From: Candidatus Bathyarchaeia archaeon
GTDB lineage: Archaea; Thermoproteota; Bathyarchaeia; 40CM-2-53-6
DNA length: 64,000 bases
Assembly (NCBI GenBank): GCA_049517415.1
Contig: JBEKSC010000005.1
Coordinates: forward strand, 1-64,000
Reading direction: 5' to 3'
Shown here one piece after another: positions 49,836 through 60,550 of the stretch. Positions within the stretch are counted from its first letter, which is position 1, and each line of letters begins with the position of its first letter. The translations under genes and the position numbers were made by a program. The notes below the pieces were generated by a model. The model made no database searches. It was not told where the DNA came from and saw nothing but the letters and a program-made list of their open reading frames with translations.

Positions 49836-50788
49836 CCGATCAGAAGGCCTAACGTGAGCAGCAGGCCGAAGACTACCGAGAGCGCGAAGGTCGTCTGGGT
49901 TAATTTCACGTAGTGCAGAGGGGAATTCGCGGGGGTTTGGTACAATCGGATTTGAATCAAGTAGAGGGGGAGGGTTAAGAGAACCAAACCCGTAGACGCG
50001 GGGAGGAACCGCCAGAGAATAGCTCCAAGTATTATTGCATATGCGATTAGAGTTAGCGCAAAGGAGGTGACAACTGCCTTCTTGCGCCCCACGGTAACCG
50101 TGTAACTTTTCTTGGCACTCTTCTTGTAAGCTTCGAAGAAGATTTGGTCATGGTTGATGAGGACCGTCGTGGTCAGGCACCCTAACGGTAACCCTGCGAG
50201 CGCGGGCAGTGGAGATACGTATCCAGCCTGCACATAGAAACATCCGATTACGGGTAGGACGCCGAACGATAGAAGAACTCCAAGCTCACTCAAACCTAAC
50301 CCTCGGTACCCTAGTCTAAGAGGCGGAGCGACATGAAAGTATGCAAAGAACAGACCAATTGCACCAAGCAACAGGATAAACGGACCTGTCAGAAGAGTCA
50401 AATAGAGACCCACAATTATGGTCAAGATGAAAAACATATAAGCGGTAAACTTCGCTTGGCCGTAACTCATCAATCCTCGCGGCAAGACCTTCCATCCGCC
50501 AAAATCGGGTGGGAACATATTGTTTGACACAACATCCACTTGGCTCTCAAAATCGTAAACATCATCAACCGTGTTTGCGGCCAGATGGATCGAAATGCTT
50601 CCTAACACAACTAACCCAAACAGGTACGGGCTGAAAGTGCGGTTGGTCCACCATGCGAGTGCAGTGCCAACAAGAACTGGCGAGAGAATCACCGGCAGGA
50701 ATTGGGCGCGGCTTAACCTGAGTATTATTGATGCTGTGGTCACGATCGAGTTCCTCAAACTCAAGAAACGTGCGCTGTCGAGAGTCAA
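49832..50788 (-). CDS. UbiA-family prenyltransferase (MenA-like)
   Basis: AANTVDDVYDF...VD, PPLRLGYRG..E, LINHD; polytopic membrane protein. Confidence 0.85.
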   Translation of the reverse strand: MTLDSARFLSLRNSIVTTASIILRLSRAQFLPVILSPVLVGTALAWWTNRTFSPYLFGLVVLGSISIHLAANTVDDVYDFESQVDVVSNNMFPPDFGGWKVLPRGLMSYGQAKFTAYMFFILTIIVGLYLTLLTGPFILLLGAIGLFFAYFHVAPPLRLGYRGLGLSELGVLLSFGVLPVIGCFYVQAGYVSPLPALAGLPLGCLTTTVLINHDQIFFEAYKKSAKKSYTVTVGRKKAVVTSFALTLIAYAIILGAILWRFLPASTGLVLLTLPLYLIQIRLYQTPANSPLHYVKLTQTTFALSVVFGLLLTLGLLIG

Positions 50789-50789
50789 A

Positions 50790-51044
50790 TTATAACTGAG
50801 AGGGAGTTATCTGACCGTTCCTCGGGAGTTTAAGTTGCAGGATCCCAGAGTAATTAACAGCCACACCATTATCTACCTTGACGTAATCGCCTTTCTGAAC
50901 AGGCTTTACCAGGTTTCTGTAGTTGTACCTGACGAAAGTTCGGCCTGACTCGTCGTCAAGAACGAGCATGAATTGGTTCATGTCGACGATCTTGCCCTCG
51001 ATGTGTATGTTCCTCATACCGTTGCGGATGTCTTCAATTCTCAC
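50790..51044 (-). CDS. Single OB-fold nucleic-acid-binding protein (SSB-like)
   Basis: I.DIR.GM.NI.I.GKI, L.DESG, G..V.V.NG....Y.G.LQL. Confidence 0.8.
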   Translation of the reverse strand: MRIEDIRNGMRNIHIEGKIVDMNQFMLVLDDESGRTFVRYNYRNLVKPVQKGDYVKVDNGVAVNYSGILQLKLPRNGQITPSQL

Positions 51045-51470
51045 GTAACCGAGCCCCCAGGGTAATGCCGACTTTAGACCGCCATAGGCGGGCTAGCAAC
51101 ATTAAGGCCTAATCCTTCCGTTCTTTCCGGTCCTCCTTGGATGGGTTACCTTCCCGACGCCAATACCAATAACTGCTTTTCAAATCATTCACCACCGCAA
51201 GCCCGCTTCAGGATTGAATGCCATACAAGCTGAGGGTAGATGTAATCTTCACGGTTTTTCCTTAGGAATTGCCCTGTTTAAGGGTCCCTTACAGCAGAAA
51301 ACAGCCCTTTTGCGTGGAAAAACGTCAATTTCACTAAGCAAGGGCTCAGGATGGGTTTCTGCTATAGCTTTAATTACGGTTAGGTGCTTCCTAGGGTTCG
51401 GTACGCTGCGGATTCTACTTTTGAGTATTATCTTGGGCGTAACTAACCTGTAAAGTGGTGTAAGTGGATT

Positions 51471-51614
51471 ATGAGTCAAGAAGGATACGGCGGCCGAACC
51501 ATGTACAAAGTTACGTGTTCTGATTGCGGCGCTGAAACTGAAGTGCCGTTCAAGCCAACACAAGGCCGACCAGTATATTGTAGGGCATGCTACCAGAAGC
51601 ACAGACGATACTAG
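51471..51614 (+). CDS. CxxC-x17-CxxC domain microprotein (47 aa; not in ORF track)
   Basis: MSQEGYGGRTMYKVTCSDCGAETEVPFKPTQGRPVYCRACYQKHRRY. Confidence 0.92.
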   Translation: MSQEGYGGRTMYKVTCSDCGAETEVPFKPTQGRPVYCRACYQKHRRY

Positions 51615-51718
51615 GTTCTAAACCTGCAGTTATCGTCGTCCTCTTTCCTTTCTAATTTTTCATTGCATTTTTTGCAATAGTTCAAATCCGAATGTGAACA
51701 GTAACTTAACGATTCCAA

Positions 51719-52312
51719 TTGGAATTTGAGAAGCTAGTTCGAAAACGCAGAATGGTGCGCAATTTTCGACCAGACCCAATCCGCGCTGATTTGATCAACA
51801 GCCTATTTGAGTTGGCTCTTCATGCGCCAAGTGCCGGTTTTAGCCAAGGCTGGGCCTTTGTAGTAGTAACCGAACATGAACTGAAGAAGAAGATTGGTGA
51901 GCTTCAGGGAGAGCTTGATTATTACGCGTCCAGTCGTTTTCATAAGTTCGTTTCAGAGGCGCCAGTGCTGGTCGTTGCCTGCATCAGCGAGAAGATCTAT
52001 CACGACCGTTATCGAGAACCAGACAAGCTGAATGAAGATGGAACCGAAATTGAATGGCCAACTCCTTACTGGTTTTTCGACATCGGATGCGCTTGCATGT
52101 TGATCTTCCTCGCAGCCGTCAACAAAGGGTTGGCCGCAGCCTTTACAGGCGTCTTTCGCGTCGACCAGATGAAACAGCTTCTCGGGATCCCAAACCACTT
52201 CCACCCAGTCGGAGTCCTCTCTTTAGGCTACGCCGCAGCGGATGTGAAATCCTCGTCCCTTAAGCGGGGTCGAAGGCCCATCAAAGAAGTCGTTCACTAT
52301 GAACATTGGTGA
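51719..52312 (+). CDS. Nitroreductase family protein
   Basis: RRMVRNF, APSAGFSQGW.F, GLAA. Confidence 0.9.
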   Translation: MEFEKLVRKRRMVRNFRPDPIRADLINSLFELALHAPSAGFSQGWAFVVVTEHELKKKIGELQGELDYYASSRFHKFVSEAPVLVVACISEKIYHDRYREPDKLNEDGTEIEWPTPYWFFDIGCACMLIFLAAVNKGLAAAFTGVFRVDQMKQLLGIPNHFHPVGVLSLGYAAADVKSSSLKRGRRPIKEVVHYEHW

Positions 52313-52339
52313 CGGGCGTACATACGATCCACAGCCTGA

Positions 52340-53149
52340 TTAGAAGAGTTCAAAGACTGGTGAGCTGAGGCAAGTCACGCCACCATCACCCTTCTCAAAC
52401 TCTGAGACATCGATTTCGATGGGCCTGTAACCCGCATCTTCCAGTTTTGCTACGGTGGTAGGAAAACCGACGGGTATGATGACCTTGCCTCCACCGATGT
52501 ATAATGCATCGGCAGCATAAGCTTCATGCTCAGGTATTCTGATGAACCTGAAACCCGGGAATGAATCAGGATCTACTAAGTCAGGCGCTATTATCATCGT
52601 TCCATTGTTTAGGTATGAGCATCCGCATAAGAGGTGCATAAGCTCCGTCCTTACCCCGGTTACAAGTTGATTGGCAAGGAAGTTCTTGAACTGCTTAATG
52701 CCGTCTGAGTTAGTTCGTTTGGAGTCACCCACAAAAATGCCCTTGTCAGTAACCACCACGTCGCCCCCTTCCAAAGTACCGGGAGCGTTCACGAAATTCA
52801 GCACGCCAACTTGGGCTCTTTGGCTTGCTAGCTCGTCGGTGAGAGCTTTCGCCTCACCCCTGCGAGTATCTTCTCCGAACCGGCCCATTACGGAGCGAGA
52901 GGTACCTAATATGGCTGGGTCTTGCATGAAAACCGAATCTGGGTACGCTTCTAATGGCTGAAGCGAGATTACTTCAACGCCCGCTTCTTTCAGGATTGAG
53001 CTATACGTTCGGTGTTGTTCTCTCGCTAGCGTTACGTCGATATCGCTTTTGCTTGGGTTCGTAGAGACGCAGTTAATGTAACTGTCGGACGGAGGGCGAA
53101 CGAAGGCAACATCGAATAATCTATCAGACTCGCTCATAGCGTTCCCCAT
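52340..53149 (-). CDS. Dimethylarginine dimethylaminohydrolase / amidinotransferase family
   Basis: PDSVFMQD, LEGGD, HL, GGVTCLS. Confidence 0.9.
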   Translation of the reverse strand: MGNAMSESDRLFDVAFVRPPSDSYINCVSTNPSKSDIDVTLAREQHRTYSSILKEAGVEVISLQPLEAYPDSVFMQDPAILGTSRSVMGRFGEDTRRGEAKALTDELASQRAQVGVLNFVNAPGTLEGGDVVVTDKGIFVGDSKRTNSDGIKQFKNFLANQLVTGVRTELMHLLCGCSYLNNGTMIIAPDLVDPDSFPGFRFIRIPEHEAYAADALYIGGGKVIIPVGFPTTVAKLEDAGYRPIEIDVSEFEKGDGGVTCLSSPVFELF

Positions 53150-53183
53150 CGCTTAGTATTTTCCCGGTGACAATTCGTGTATG

Positions 53184-54362
53184 CTACTCTTGGATTCTAG
53201 GGAAGTTCGATAGATATTCGGTGCCCTTTTCCGTATCTAGTATATCATCTTCTATTCTGATTCCGCCAATCTTTGGGCCGTAAACTCCAGGTTCAACACT
53301 GTGTACCATTCCAGGTTTGAGGAAGTCACTTGACTCGACGTGTAATGCGGGGATCGGTTCGTGAACTCCCACGCCAATTCCGTGCCCAAGCCGATGCACC
53401 AAATACTCTCCAAGTCCGTGGCGCCGTATGACATCTATCGATACTCGTGCAATCTTCGCTGCGCTGACTCCAGGTTTTATTGACGCTATCGCTGTGCTTT
53501 CCGAATCGAGAACCGCTTCAAGAAGTGATGTCTGTTTTTTGTTAGGTTTTCCGACAACGAAAGTTCTTGTGGTGTCAGAACTATAGCCGTCCGCCACCAC
53601 ATCAAGTTCCAATAGTGCGAGGTCGCCGTGCTTCAACTTGCGCCGCGTATTCCCAACAACGTACTTGTAGGCTTCCGAGGTCGACGGCCCTGATACTACG
53701 AAAGCGCACGCGACGACACGATTAGCCCGGTGCTCCATCACACCTCGCGTGACTATCTCGTGCTCAATCTTGGTTGATAACTCAATTTCGGTGAGGCCCG
53801 GTTTTAAGTATCGTTCGAATGTTTCCAGTCCGATGCGTGCGATTCGATTCGCTTTTTTGAGGGCTTTCACTTCTTTCACAGTCTTTATTGAACGTGCTTG
53901 GGTCAGAAGCCCAGAAGCGTCCTTCAACTCATACTCTTTGAGTTTCGCCCTAAGAGCCGTCAGCGTCTTTTGGCCAATCACGTTCAGTTCATACCTTAAC
54001 GGTGAGGATAGGATGAATTCCCAGGCCTCCTCAACTCCAATGGCGCCGGAACCTATTCCGATGTCGGTTAGTGCCTTGAGAACCTGTTCCGGCCCCACGT
54101 TAAGAGCGCTCCCTAGATGTTCGAATGTCTCCCACTTGTACAACCTAACATCCGAAACCCAAGTAGGTGGCAGCGTCTCTCCTACAGGGTGTATTAGGAC
54201 TGGATCTCTTTCGAGCGGGAAAACTAGGTAACTTAGGCCCCTGCCGCTCCAAGCATCCGATAAGTACGTGACGTTTTCAGGCAGGCGCAAGACTAAAGCC
54301 GCGAGGCCTTCCGTGCGCATCATTTCCCAGACACGTTTGAGTTTCACTTCGTCGCGAACCAA
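53184..54362 (-). CDS. Xaa-Pro peptidase (M24B)
   Basis: D...GY.SD.TRT, H.LGHGIG..VHE, EPG, RIED. Confidence 0.92.
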   Translation of the reverse strand: MVRDEVKLKRVWEMMRTEGLAALVLRLPENVTYLSDAWSGRGLSYLVFPLERDPVLIHPVGETLPPTWVSDVRLYKWETFEHLGSALNVGPEQVLKALTDIGIGSGAIGVEEAWEFILSSPLRYELNVIGQKTLTALRAKLKEYELKDASGLLTQARSIKTVKEVKALKKANRIARIGLETFERYLKPGLTEIELSTKIEHEIVTRGVMEHRANRVVACAFVVSGPSTSEAYKYVVGNTRRKLKHGDLALLELDVVADGYSSDTTRTFVVGKPNKKQTSLLEAVLDSESTAIASIKPGVSAAKIARVSIDVIRRHGLGEYLVHRLGHGIGVGVHEPIPALHVESSDFLKPGMVHSVEPGVYGPKIGGIRIEDDILDTEKGTEYLSNFPRIQE

Positions 54363-54470
54363 ACCTGCACCACCGAAACGGGTTGTGATTGTTTTAGAGT
54401 TAATAGGTTTCCCGTAAACGGAAAAGAAAAATTCACGCGACCTCGAAGATAGCAGTGTTGGAATGATTTC

Positions 54471-55334
54471 TTGGAAGATCGAAAAGTCGAGATGCCACAG
54501 GAATGGGCAGGCGTCGTCCCTACCCAGGTCTTTATCGATGAAGGCAAGCGTTTAGTCGACGAAGCTGCGAGACGAGAAATACCACTTAGGCTTCTCGGAG
54601 GCGTAGCAATTCGCATCCACTGTTTAGAATTCCTAGATTTCGCTGGAAAACTTATGCGACTAGGAGAGGGTCAGCAGGAGTATACCGACCTGGACTTTAT
54701 GTCTTACATGAGATTCCGAAAAAGTAAGATGAAAGAATTCTTTGGAGAGATGGGTTATGAGAAAAGGCCTACAACAATGTCGACCGCCGCTACCCAGAGG
54801 CACATTTACTTCCACCCCAAAGGTTGGTTTTACGTCGACGTCTTTTTCGACAAATTGCTTGCCGCTAACCATCCGTTGGATTTCAGAGGACGATTGGAGC
54901 TAGATTCGCCAACCATAACGCCCGCAGATTTGCTACTCGAAAAGTTACAGATCGTATTCCCCGCTGAGAAGGACATCAAGGATCTACTCTTAGTTCTCAG
55001 GGCGCATGACATTTTTCGGGCGGAAGAGAAGAATAAGATAAACACGAAATTCATCGCCTCCAAACTTGCTTCAGATTGGGGTTTCTGGTATACCGTAACG
55101 TCAAACTTGACCGGTCTGCTGCAATACGTCGAAGAAGCTCAGAGTCTCACAGTTGAGAAGCAGGACCTCACCTCGAAGATAGACCGCCTTCTCCGAGCTA
55201 TCGAGACCGAGCCCAAGAGCACAGGTTGGAAGATGCGCTCAATCGTCGGTAACAGGAGGAAATGGTACAACCCTGTAGAAACCTCTCAAACGGTTGGCGA
55301 ATTCGGAATCTGGAGACTGCGGGAACGGAAATGA
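54471..55334 (+). CDS. Uncharacterised Pol-beta-superfamily nucleotidyltransferase
   Basis: LLGGVA...TDLDF...VDVF...LLLEKL...KD..D motifs. Confidence 0.7.
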   Translation: MEDRKVEMPQEWAGVVPTQVFIDEGKRLVDEAARREIPLRLLGGVAIRIHCLEFLDFAGKLMRLGEGQQEYTDLDFMSYMRFRKSKMKEFFGEMGYEKRPTTMSTAATQRHIYFHPKGWFYVDVFFDKLLAANHPLDFRGRLELDSPTITPADLLLEKLQIVFPAEKDIKDLLLVLRAHDIFRAEEKNKINTKFIASKLASDWGFWYTVTSNLTGLLQYVEEAQSLTVEKQDLTSKIDRLLRAIETEPKSTGWKMRSIVGNRRKWYNPVETSQTVGEFGIWRLRERK

Positions 55335-55409
55335 TCGCGCCAGCCTCTTGACAGGAGTATATATTGCCGTCCAAATGCGATAGCTGCTTCGAACCGGAAG
55401 CCTCACGAC

Positions 55410-56810
55410 ATGGATGACCTATTGAAATACTCAGTCGCCCGAGCAAGTGACTTGGGCGCTCAATATGCCGACGCCCGCTTTCAAGACCTGAGGCAGACAC
55501 TCATCATCGCGGAGAATGGTTCTCTACGGACCTACGAGTCGGACCGTTCGACTGGGATCGGGATCAGGGTTCTCGCAGGAGGGGCATGGGGCCTCGCATC
55601 ATCAACCCTTCTAGAGAAAAGGAATCTGCGGCAGATGGCGTCGGAAGCCGTCAGGCTGGCGAAAGCCACTAAGAAGTTATCCGCTCGCGTACAGCTCGCC
55701 AAAATTAAGCCCATGGAATCAACGGTAAAGATTCCCGTGAGAAATGACCCAGACAATGTACCGCCTGAAGCAAAAGTTAGGCTCCTTTTGGAGGCTAACA
55801 AAGCAGCTCTCACAATAGCAGGCATCAAGAACTCAACTTCGCGATTAGGATTTATGCACGACGTCCGAGTTTTCGTTTCATCTGAAGGGACAAATGTAAA
55901 GACGGATGTTACGACGTCTGGGTTCAGCCAACTTAGCGTCGCCGCTGCCAACGGCTCTATGGAACGCGTACCCGAGCAACGGTCCCAATGTGCCGGATAC
56001 GAATTCATTGAGAGTACGGATTGGAATACATTCGCAGCCGATGTCTCTCAACTTGCATCCAAGGTCGTTGCGGCACCTATGCCCCCATCTGGAACCTACC
56101 CAGCGATACTCGACCCTGAACTCATAGGGCTATTCCTACACGAAGCCTTGGGACATGCGTCGGAGGGAGACCTCGTCGCCACCAAGGAATCAGTCCTAGA
56201 AGGAAAGCTTGGCGCCCCAATTGCAAGTGAAGCCGTGACGGTCTATGATGACGGTGGAATCGCAGGCGGGTACATGGTTCCATTCGATGATGAAGGAGTA
56301 CCAAAGGGCAAAACAACTGTGGTACAGAAAGGTAAGCTGCAAGGTTTCCTTCTATCGAGAGACACGGCAACCGAATTAGGGCTTAAACCAACGGGAAACG
56401 CCAGAGCACAGAACTTTGAACATAAACCCATAGTTCGCATGACGAACGTCTACATGGAGCCCGGTGACCTATCCTTCGAAGAACTTGTGAAAGGCATTGA
56501 CCACGGATTCTACATTCGTGGAAGAGGCAGCCTCGGCGGCCAGGTTGATGTCGGCGGTGGGACGTTCACATTCCGAGCCGGCCCATCATATCTAATCGAG
56601 AAAGGAGAAGTGAAGCACATGGTTCGAGCGGTGAACTTCGCGGGGAAAGTTCTGGAAACCTTGAAAACCATCAATGCCGTCGGAAAGGACTTCTCCATTT
56701 CAACCAGCGTATTCGGCGGGTGCGGGAAAGACGGCCAAATGGCGAAGGTCGGCGACGGCGGCCCACACGTACGCCTCGGGAAGATCACAATAGGCGGAAG
56801 GGCTGAATGA
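55410..56810 (+). CDS. tldD: TldD metalloprotease
   Basis: HEALGH..EGD, DDEG, TGNAR, RMTN, CGKDGQ...GGP. Confidence 0.93.
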   Translation: MDDLLKYSVARASDLGAQYADARFQDLRQTLIIAENGSLRTYESDRSTGIGIRVLAGGAWGLASSTLLEKRNLRQMASEAVRLAKATKKLSARVQLAKIKPMESTVKIPVRNDPDNVPPEAKVRLLLEANKAALTIAGIKNSTSRLGFMHDVRVFVSSEGTNVKTDVTTSGFSQLSVAAANGSMERVPEQRSQCAGYEFIESTDWNTFAADVSQLASKVVAAPMPPSGTYPAILDPELIGLFLHEALGHASEGDLVATKESVLEGKLGAPIASEAVTVYDDGGIAGGYMVPFDDEGVPKGKTTVVQKGKLQGFLLSRDTATELGLKPTGNARAQNFEHKPIVRMTNVYMEPGDLSFEELVKGIDHGFYIRGRGSLGGQVDVGGGTFTFRAGPSYLIEKGEVKHMVRAVNFAGKVLETLKTINAVGKDFSISTSVFGGCGKDGQMAKVGDGGPHVRLGKITIGGRAE

Positions 56811-58174
56811 CAGAAATTCTATCAGCCGCAGAGCGCGCAGTAAGGCTTGCAGTGAACAAAGGGTTCGACGAAGCAGAAGCCTTCGCGACCAAGATTACTC
56901 GGCGTGATATCATCTTCCGCAACACTATCGAAGCAACAAGGCGCAGCACAGTTGCGGGGCTGAGCGTCAGAGGCATCGTTGGCCGGAGAATAGGGTTCTT
57001 CTCAACATCCTCACTCGAACGCTCGGACGTCGAGACAGCGGTTGACGAATCTCTTAAGATCGCAAGAGCGAACAACGAGGATCCAGCATGGAGGTCACTT
57101 CCGCGAAAATACGGAAAGGCCAGCGTTCAGAAAATTCGGGACAAGAACATCGAGCATGCCACCGCAAAGGACCTTGTTGACGAAGTGCGTCTTGCAATCA
57201 ATACCGTACATGAGGTAGGTTCAGCCGACATTACGCGAGGGTTCCTCCTAACTAACGTCATGTCGAACGCTATCGCAAACTCCCATGGATGCAGACTGGA
57301 AAGAAAGGAGACATTCGCCGCAATGTCACTTGCCGCAAAAGCGGGCACAGCGGACAAGAAGGGAGTTAGCAACGAATTCAGCGTGACACGCCTATGGAAG
57401 GGACTCAAAACAAAACAGCTCGCACACGCAGCCGCCGAAAGGGCAGTCAAAATGGTGGACGCGGTTCAGATTCCGAATGGAAAATTGAACACTGTTTGGC
57501 GAAACGACGCATTCTCAAGCATAATTGACGCTATGCTCACCCGCACAATCACAGCAGACGCCATTCAGAAGAACAGGTCACCATGGACTGGGAAAATTGG
57601 CCAACACGTAGCTAGCGAAGGCGTCACGATTGTCGACGAAGGCAGAATGGAAGCTGGAAACGGAACACGACCGTTCGACGACGATGGGATCCCACAGACA
57701 CGCACGCCAGTTATAGAGAAAGGAGTTCTGAGGGGATTCCTATACGATAACTATACCGCGAGCAAGGAAAGCCGACTCTCCACGGGAAATGCCCACCGAG
57801 ACGTTGGAACCTTCGGCTCCCAAGCAAATTACATGAGAACTCCGGCCCCGTACCCGAACAACCTAGTACTTGAACCCGGAGATGCCACTGCCGAGGAACT
57901 AATCAAGGAAACTAAGAATGGTCTCTATGTTGTGGAAACCATAGGGGAATGGCTGTCAAACCCCATTAGCGGAGAGCTAAGCGCGACCCTCAGCAGCGGT
58001 TTCCTAATTGAGAACGGGGAACTCACGAGGGCCGTCAAAGGTGTGATAATTGCGTCGAACTTCTTTGATATTCTCAAAGGAAAGATGGACTTGCGCGCAA
58101 ATGACCTTCACAGCGCAGGAGCAGTGTACGCACCGACCACGCAAGTCAATGACATGACTGTTGCTGGAGAATGA
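56807..58174 (+). CDS. pmbA: TldE/PmbA
   Basis: PFDDDG, STGNA, N..SG; lacks HExxH; overlaps tldD by ATGA. Confidence 0.9.
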   Translation: MTEILSAAERAVRLAVNKGFDEAEAFATKITRRDIIFRNTIEATRRSTVAGLSVRGIVGRRIGFFSTSSLERSDVETAVDESLKIARANNEDPAWRSLPRKYGKASVQKIRDKNIEHATAKDLVDEVRLAINTVHEVGSADITRGFLLTNVMSNAIANSHGCRLERKETFAAMSLAAKAGTADKKGVSNEFSVTRLWKGLKTKQLAHAAAERAVKMVDAVQIPNGKLNTVWRNDAFSSIIDAMLTRTITADAIQKNRSPWTGKIGQHVASEGVTIVDEGRMEAGNGTRPFDDDGIPQTRTPVIEKGVLRGFLYDNYTASKESRLSTGNAHRDVGTFGSQANYMRTPAPYPNNLVLEPGDATAEELIKETKNGLYVVETIGEWLSNPISGELSATLSSGFLIENGELTRAVKGVIIASNFFDILKGKMDLRANDLHSAGAVYAPTTQVNDMTVAGE

Positions 58175-58345
58175 ACCCGCCTGACAAACCGGACCTGAGC
58201 TTCAGATATTTGGTGGACGTTCACACTCTGCGATGTTGAAGCCAAGATCCTTCGCACGCAGTCAGGATTGCTGCGGGTTCTCCCGGTTCATGTGCGCGAG
58301 TTAAAATAACTAAACAAGCTGGCACAATGTGGGGGAAGCCTAGAT

Positions 58346-58501
58346 TTGGTGGAATGGGTCACCCTTTATTGTGAAAAGTGCAAGGCCGAGACTAAACACA
58401 ATTTAAGTTGGGAAAGGAAAAAACCGATGGTGGGCAAACCTTACCGGGAGGCAACATGCGCGCGTTGCCGGAATCGCACCAAATACTACAAGAGATGGTG
58501 A
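58346..58501 (+). CDS. Basic Zn-ribbon microprotein (51 aa; not in ORF track)
   Basis: MVEWVTLYCEKCKAETKHNLSWERKKPMVGKPYREATCARCRNRTKYYKRW; TTAAAATA at 58301. Confidence 0.7.
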   Translation: MVEWVTLYCEKCKAETKHNLSWERKKPMVGKPYREATCARCRNRTKYYKRW

Positions 58502-58726
58502 GCCAAGGTTCGCAAGTTGCTAGGTATCACCTTTGGCTATAACGAGGCTTTCTTTAGCGGTTGGTAACCTAGTTGAGATCGCTGGTATTCTCTTCGCCCT
58601 AATACCTAATTGTGTTGGCTCCTGCGATTGCCCTCGTTCCCCTGAAGCTGATTATGTACTTGGTTGCAGCTCAGATTGGTACCGCTTTAATATGGCCGCC
58701 TCAATCTGGGGGATCGTGAACAAGTT

Positions 58727-59704
58727 ATGAACTATAGGCGTCTTGGTAGCGCAGGGCTGAAGATTAGCGAGCTTTCTTTGGGAGCTTGGGTTACGTACGG
58801 AGGCCAAGTCGGCGAAGATGCCGCGCTGAAATGCATGTCTGCCGCCTACGATGCTGGAGTGAATTTCTTCGACAACGCTGAAACTTATGCACAGGGAAAC
58901 GCCGAGAAGGTCATGGGAAACGTACTCAAGAAGATGGGTTGGCCACGTGAGAGTTTCATCGTGTCTAGCAAAGTCTTCTGGGGTGGAGAAGGCCCTAACG
59001 ATAGGGGGCTCTCCCGCAAACACGTCTACGAAGCTTGCCGGAAGTCCCTGAAACGCCTCCAGCTCGATTACCTAGACCTATTCTTCTGCCACCGTCCCGA
59101 TCCGACTACTCCAATTGAGGAAACAGTTCGGGCGATGGACGATTTGGTCCATCAGGGTTTGATCCTATACTGGGGTACCTCAGAGTGGAGTGCAGCTGAC
59201 ATAATGCGAGCCTACGGCATTGCAAGAGAACAGCACCTGACCACGCCGCAAATGGAACAGCCGCAGTACAATATGTTGCATCGGGACCGAGTGGAGAAAG
59301 AGTACATTCCCTTATACCGTGAAATTGGTTTGGGCACAACGATCTGGAGCCCGTTGGCGTCTGGGTTGCTATCAGGCAAATACAACAAAGGCATTCCAGC
59401 AGGCACTCGAGGATCGCTTCAAGGCTACGAGTGGATGCGTGAATTCATTCTCACACCGCAGAACATTGACAAAGTGAAACAGTTGCAACCCATTGCCTCT
59501 GAACTGGGTTGTACGATGGCGCAATTGGCTTTGGCATGGTGCCTGAAGAACCCGAATGTGAGCACGGTAATTACGGGCGCAACCCGACCGGAACAAGTCG
59601 TAGAGAACATGAAAGCCCCAGGGATAGTTTCAAAGCTGGATTCCGAGGTTACGGAGCGAATCGATAAGGTCCTGGGAAACAAACCGGTTATCGAAGAAGA
59701 CTAG
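58727..59704 (+). CDS. Aldo/keto reductase, Kv-beta/AKR6-like
   Basis: [40 protein letters not shown]. Confidence 0.92.
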   Translation: MNYRRLGSAGLKISELSLGAWVTYGGQVGEDAALKCMSAAYDAGVNFFDNAETYAQGNAEKVMGNVLKKMGWPRESFIVSSKVFWGGEGPNDRGLSRKHVYEACRKSLKRLQLDYLDLFFCHRPDPTTPIEETVRAMDDLVHQGLILYWGTSEWSAADIMRAYGIAREQHLTTPQMEQPQYNMLHRDRVEKEYIPLYREIGLGTTIWSPLASGLLSGKYNKGIPAGTRGSLQGYEWMREFILTPQNIDKVKQLQPIASELGCTMAQLALAWCLKNPNVSTVITGATRPEQVVENMKAPGIVSKLDSEVTERIDKVLGNKPVIEED

Positions 59705-60276
59705 CCCGCTGCAGAGTCGAGAAGTGCACGCAACTTCCTGAAATCCTCCAGCATCACCTCCCTCAAACTGAAGGTGTAGAGGGCAGCAGCGGGGTGGTAC
59801 ATAGGAAAGTACGTCTTTCCACCGACCTCGAAGGGTATACCGTGAACTTCCGTTACGGGGTCATCTGACTTGACTAGTGCATGTATTGCTGAGTTGCCCA
59901 TCGGACAGATTACGCTTGGTTGAATGAGGGCGATCTGTCGTTCAAGGTATGGTCTGCAAGCTGCCGCTTCATCCTTTCTGGGCGGCCTGTTGTTCGGGGG
60001 CCTACACTTCGCAAGGTTCGTGATGTAAACTTCTTCTCGCTTCAGATCTACGGACGCAAGGAGTTCGGTGAGAAGTTTACCAGCAGCCCCAACAAATGGG
60101 CGACCTTGAAGATCCTCTTGCTCTCCTGGGGCTTCCCCGACAAACACCAGCCTCGTCTTTGATGACCCCTCACCGGGAACTGCTTTCTTCCTAGTCTCAC
60201 AAAGCCGGCACTTCCTGCAGGAGACCACTTCGCTTGAGATCTTATCCAGGGAATCTTCGGTTTCCGTCGAAATCAC
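59701..60276 (-). CDS. udg: Family 4 uracil-DNA glycosylase
   Basis: C..C.LC, GEAPG, PFVG.AG, KCRPP.NR, HPAA. Confidence 0.95.
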   Translation of the reverse strand: MISTETEDSLDKISSEVVSCRKCRLCETRKKAVPGEGSSKTRLVFVGEAPGEQEDLQGRPFVGAAGKLLTELLASVDLKREEVYITNLAKCRPPNNRPPRKDEAAACRPYLERQIALIQPSVICPMGNSAIHALVKSDDPVTEVHGIPFEVGGKTYFPMYHPAAALYTFSLREVMLEDFRKLRALLDSAAG

Positions 60277-60383
60277 ATCCGGGTGAGTTGGATTGCGCTT
60301 ACCGGAATTTTGTTAACGCACGGTATATATTCCTCTTTTTAACTTATCGGTACGGTGTATAATAGCGCAGACTACTATGCGGC

Positions 60384-60545
60384 CTACCATTCGAACGGAC
60401 ATACCGGATTCTCGCATTGATGTAGCCCCGCATGTCCCTTTTCTCGCCCGCAAATATGCTCCTTGTGTAGGCCAGCAATGGCTCCGCATTTCTCCGCTTT
60501 CTCACGCCACGAAGTTATAGTTCCTGCTGCTGGGATATCTGACAA
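60384..60545 (-). CDS. Cys/His-rich microprotein (53 aa; not in ORF track)
   Basis: MSDIPAAGTITSWREKAEKCGAIAGLHKEHICGREKGHAGLHQCENPVCPFEW; GGTGA upstream of TTG. Confidence 0.65.
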   Translation of the reverse strand: MSDIPAAGTITSWREKAEKCGAIAGLHKEHICGREKGHAGLHQCENPVCPFEW

Positions 60546-60550
60546 ATTCC

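Noticed and set aside
51719..58174. RiPP-like cluster (TldD/E, nitroreductase, nearby CPBP protease, small ORFs)
   Set aside because: No YcaO, radical SAM or lanthionine enzyme and no precursor-like peptide; TldD/E pairs are common archaeal housekeeping genes
60300..60365. Possible dif/att site at the element boundary
   Set aside because: No convincing 11-6-11 inverted repeat, no tRNA fragment and no matching repeat within the window
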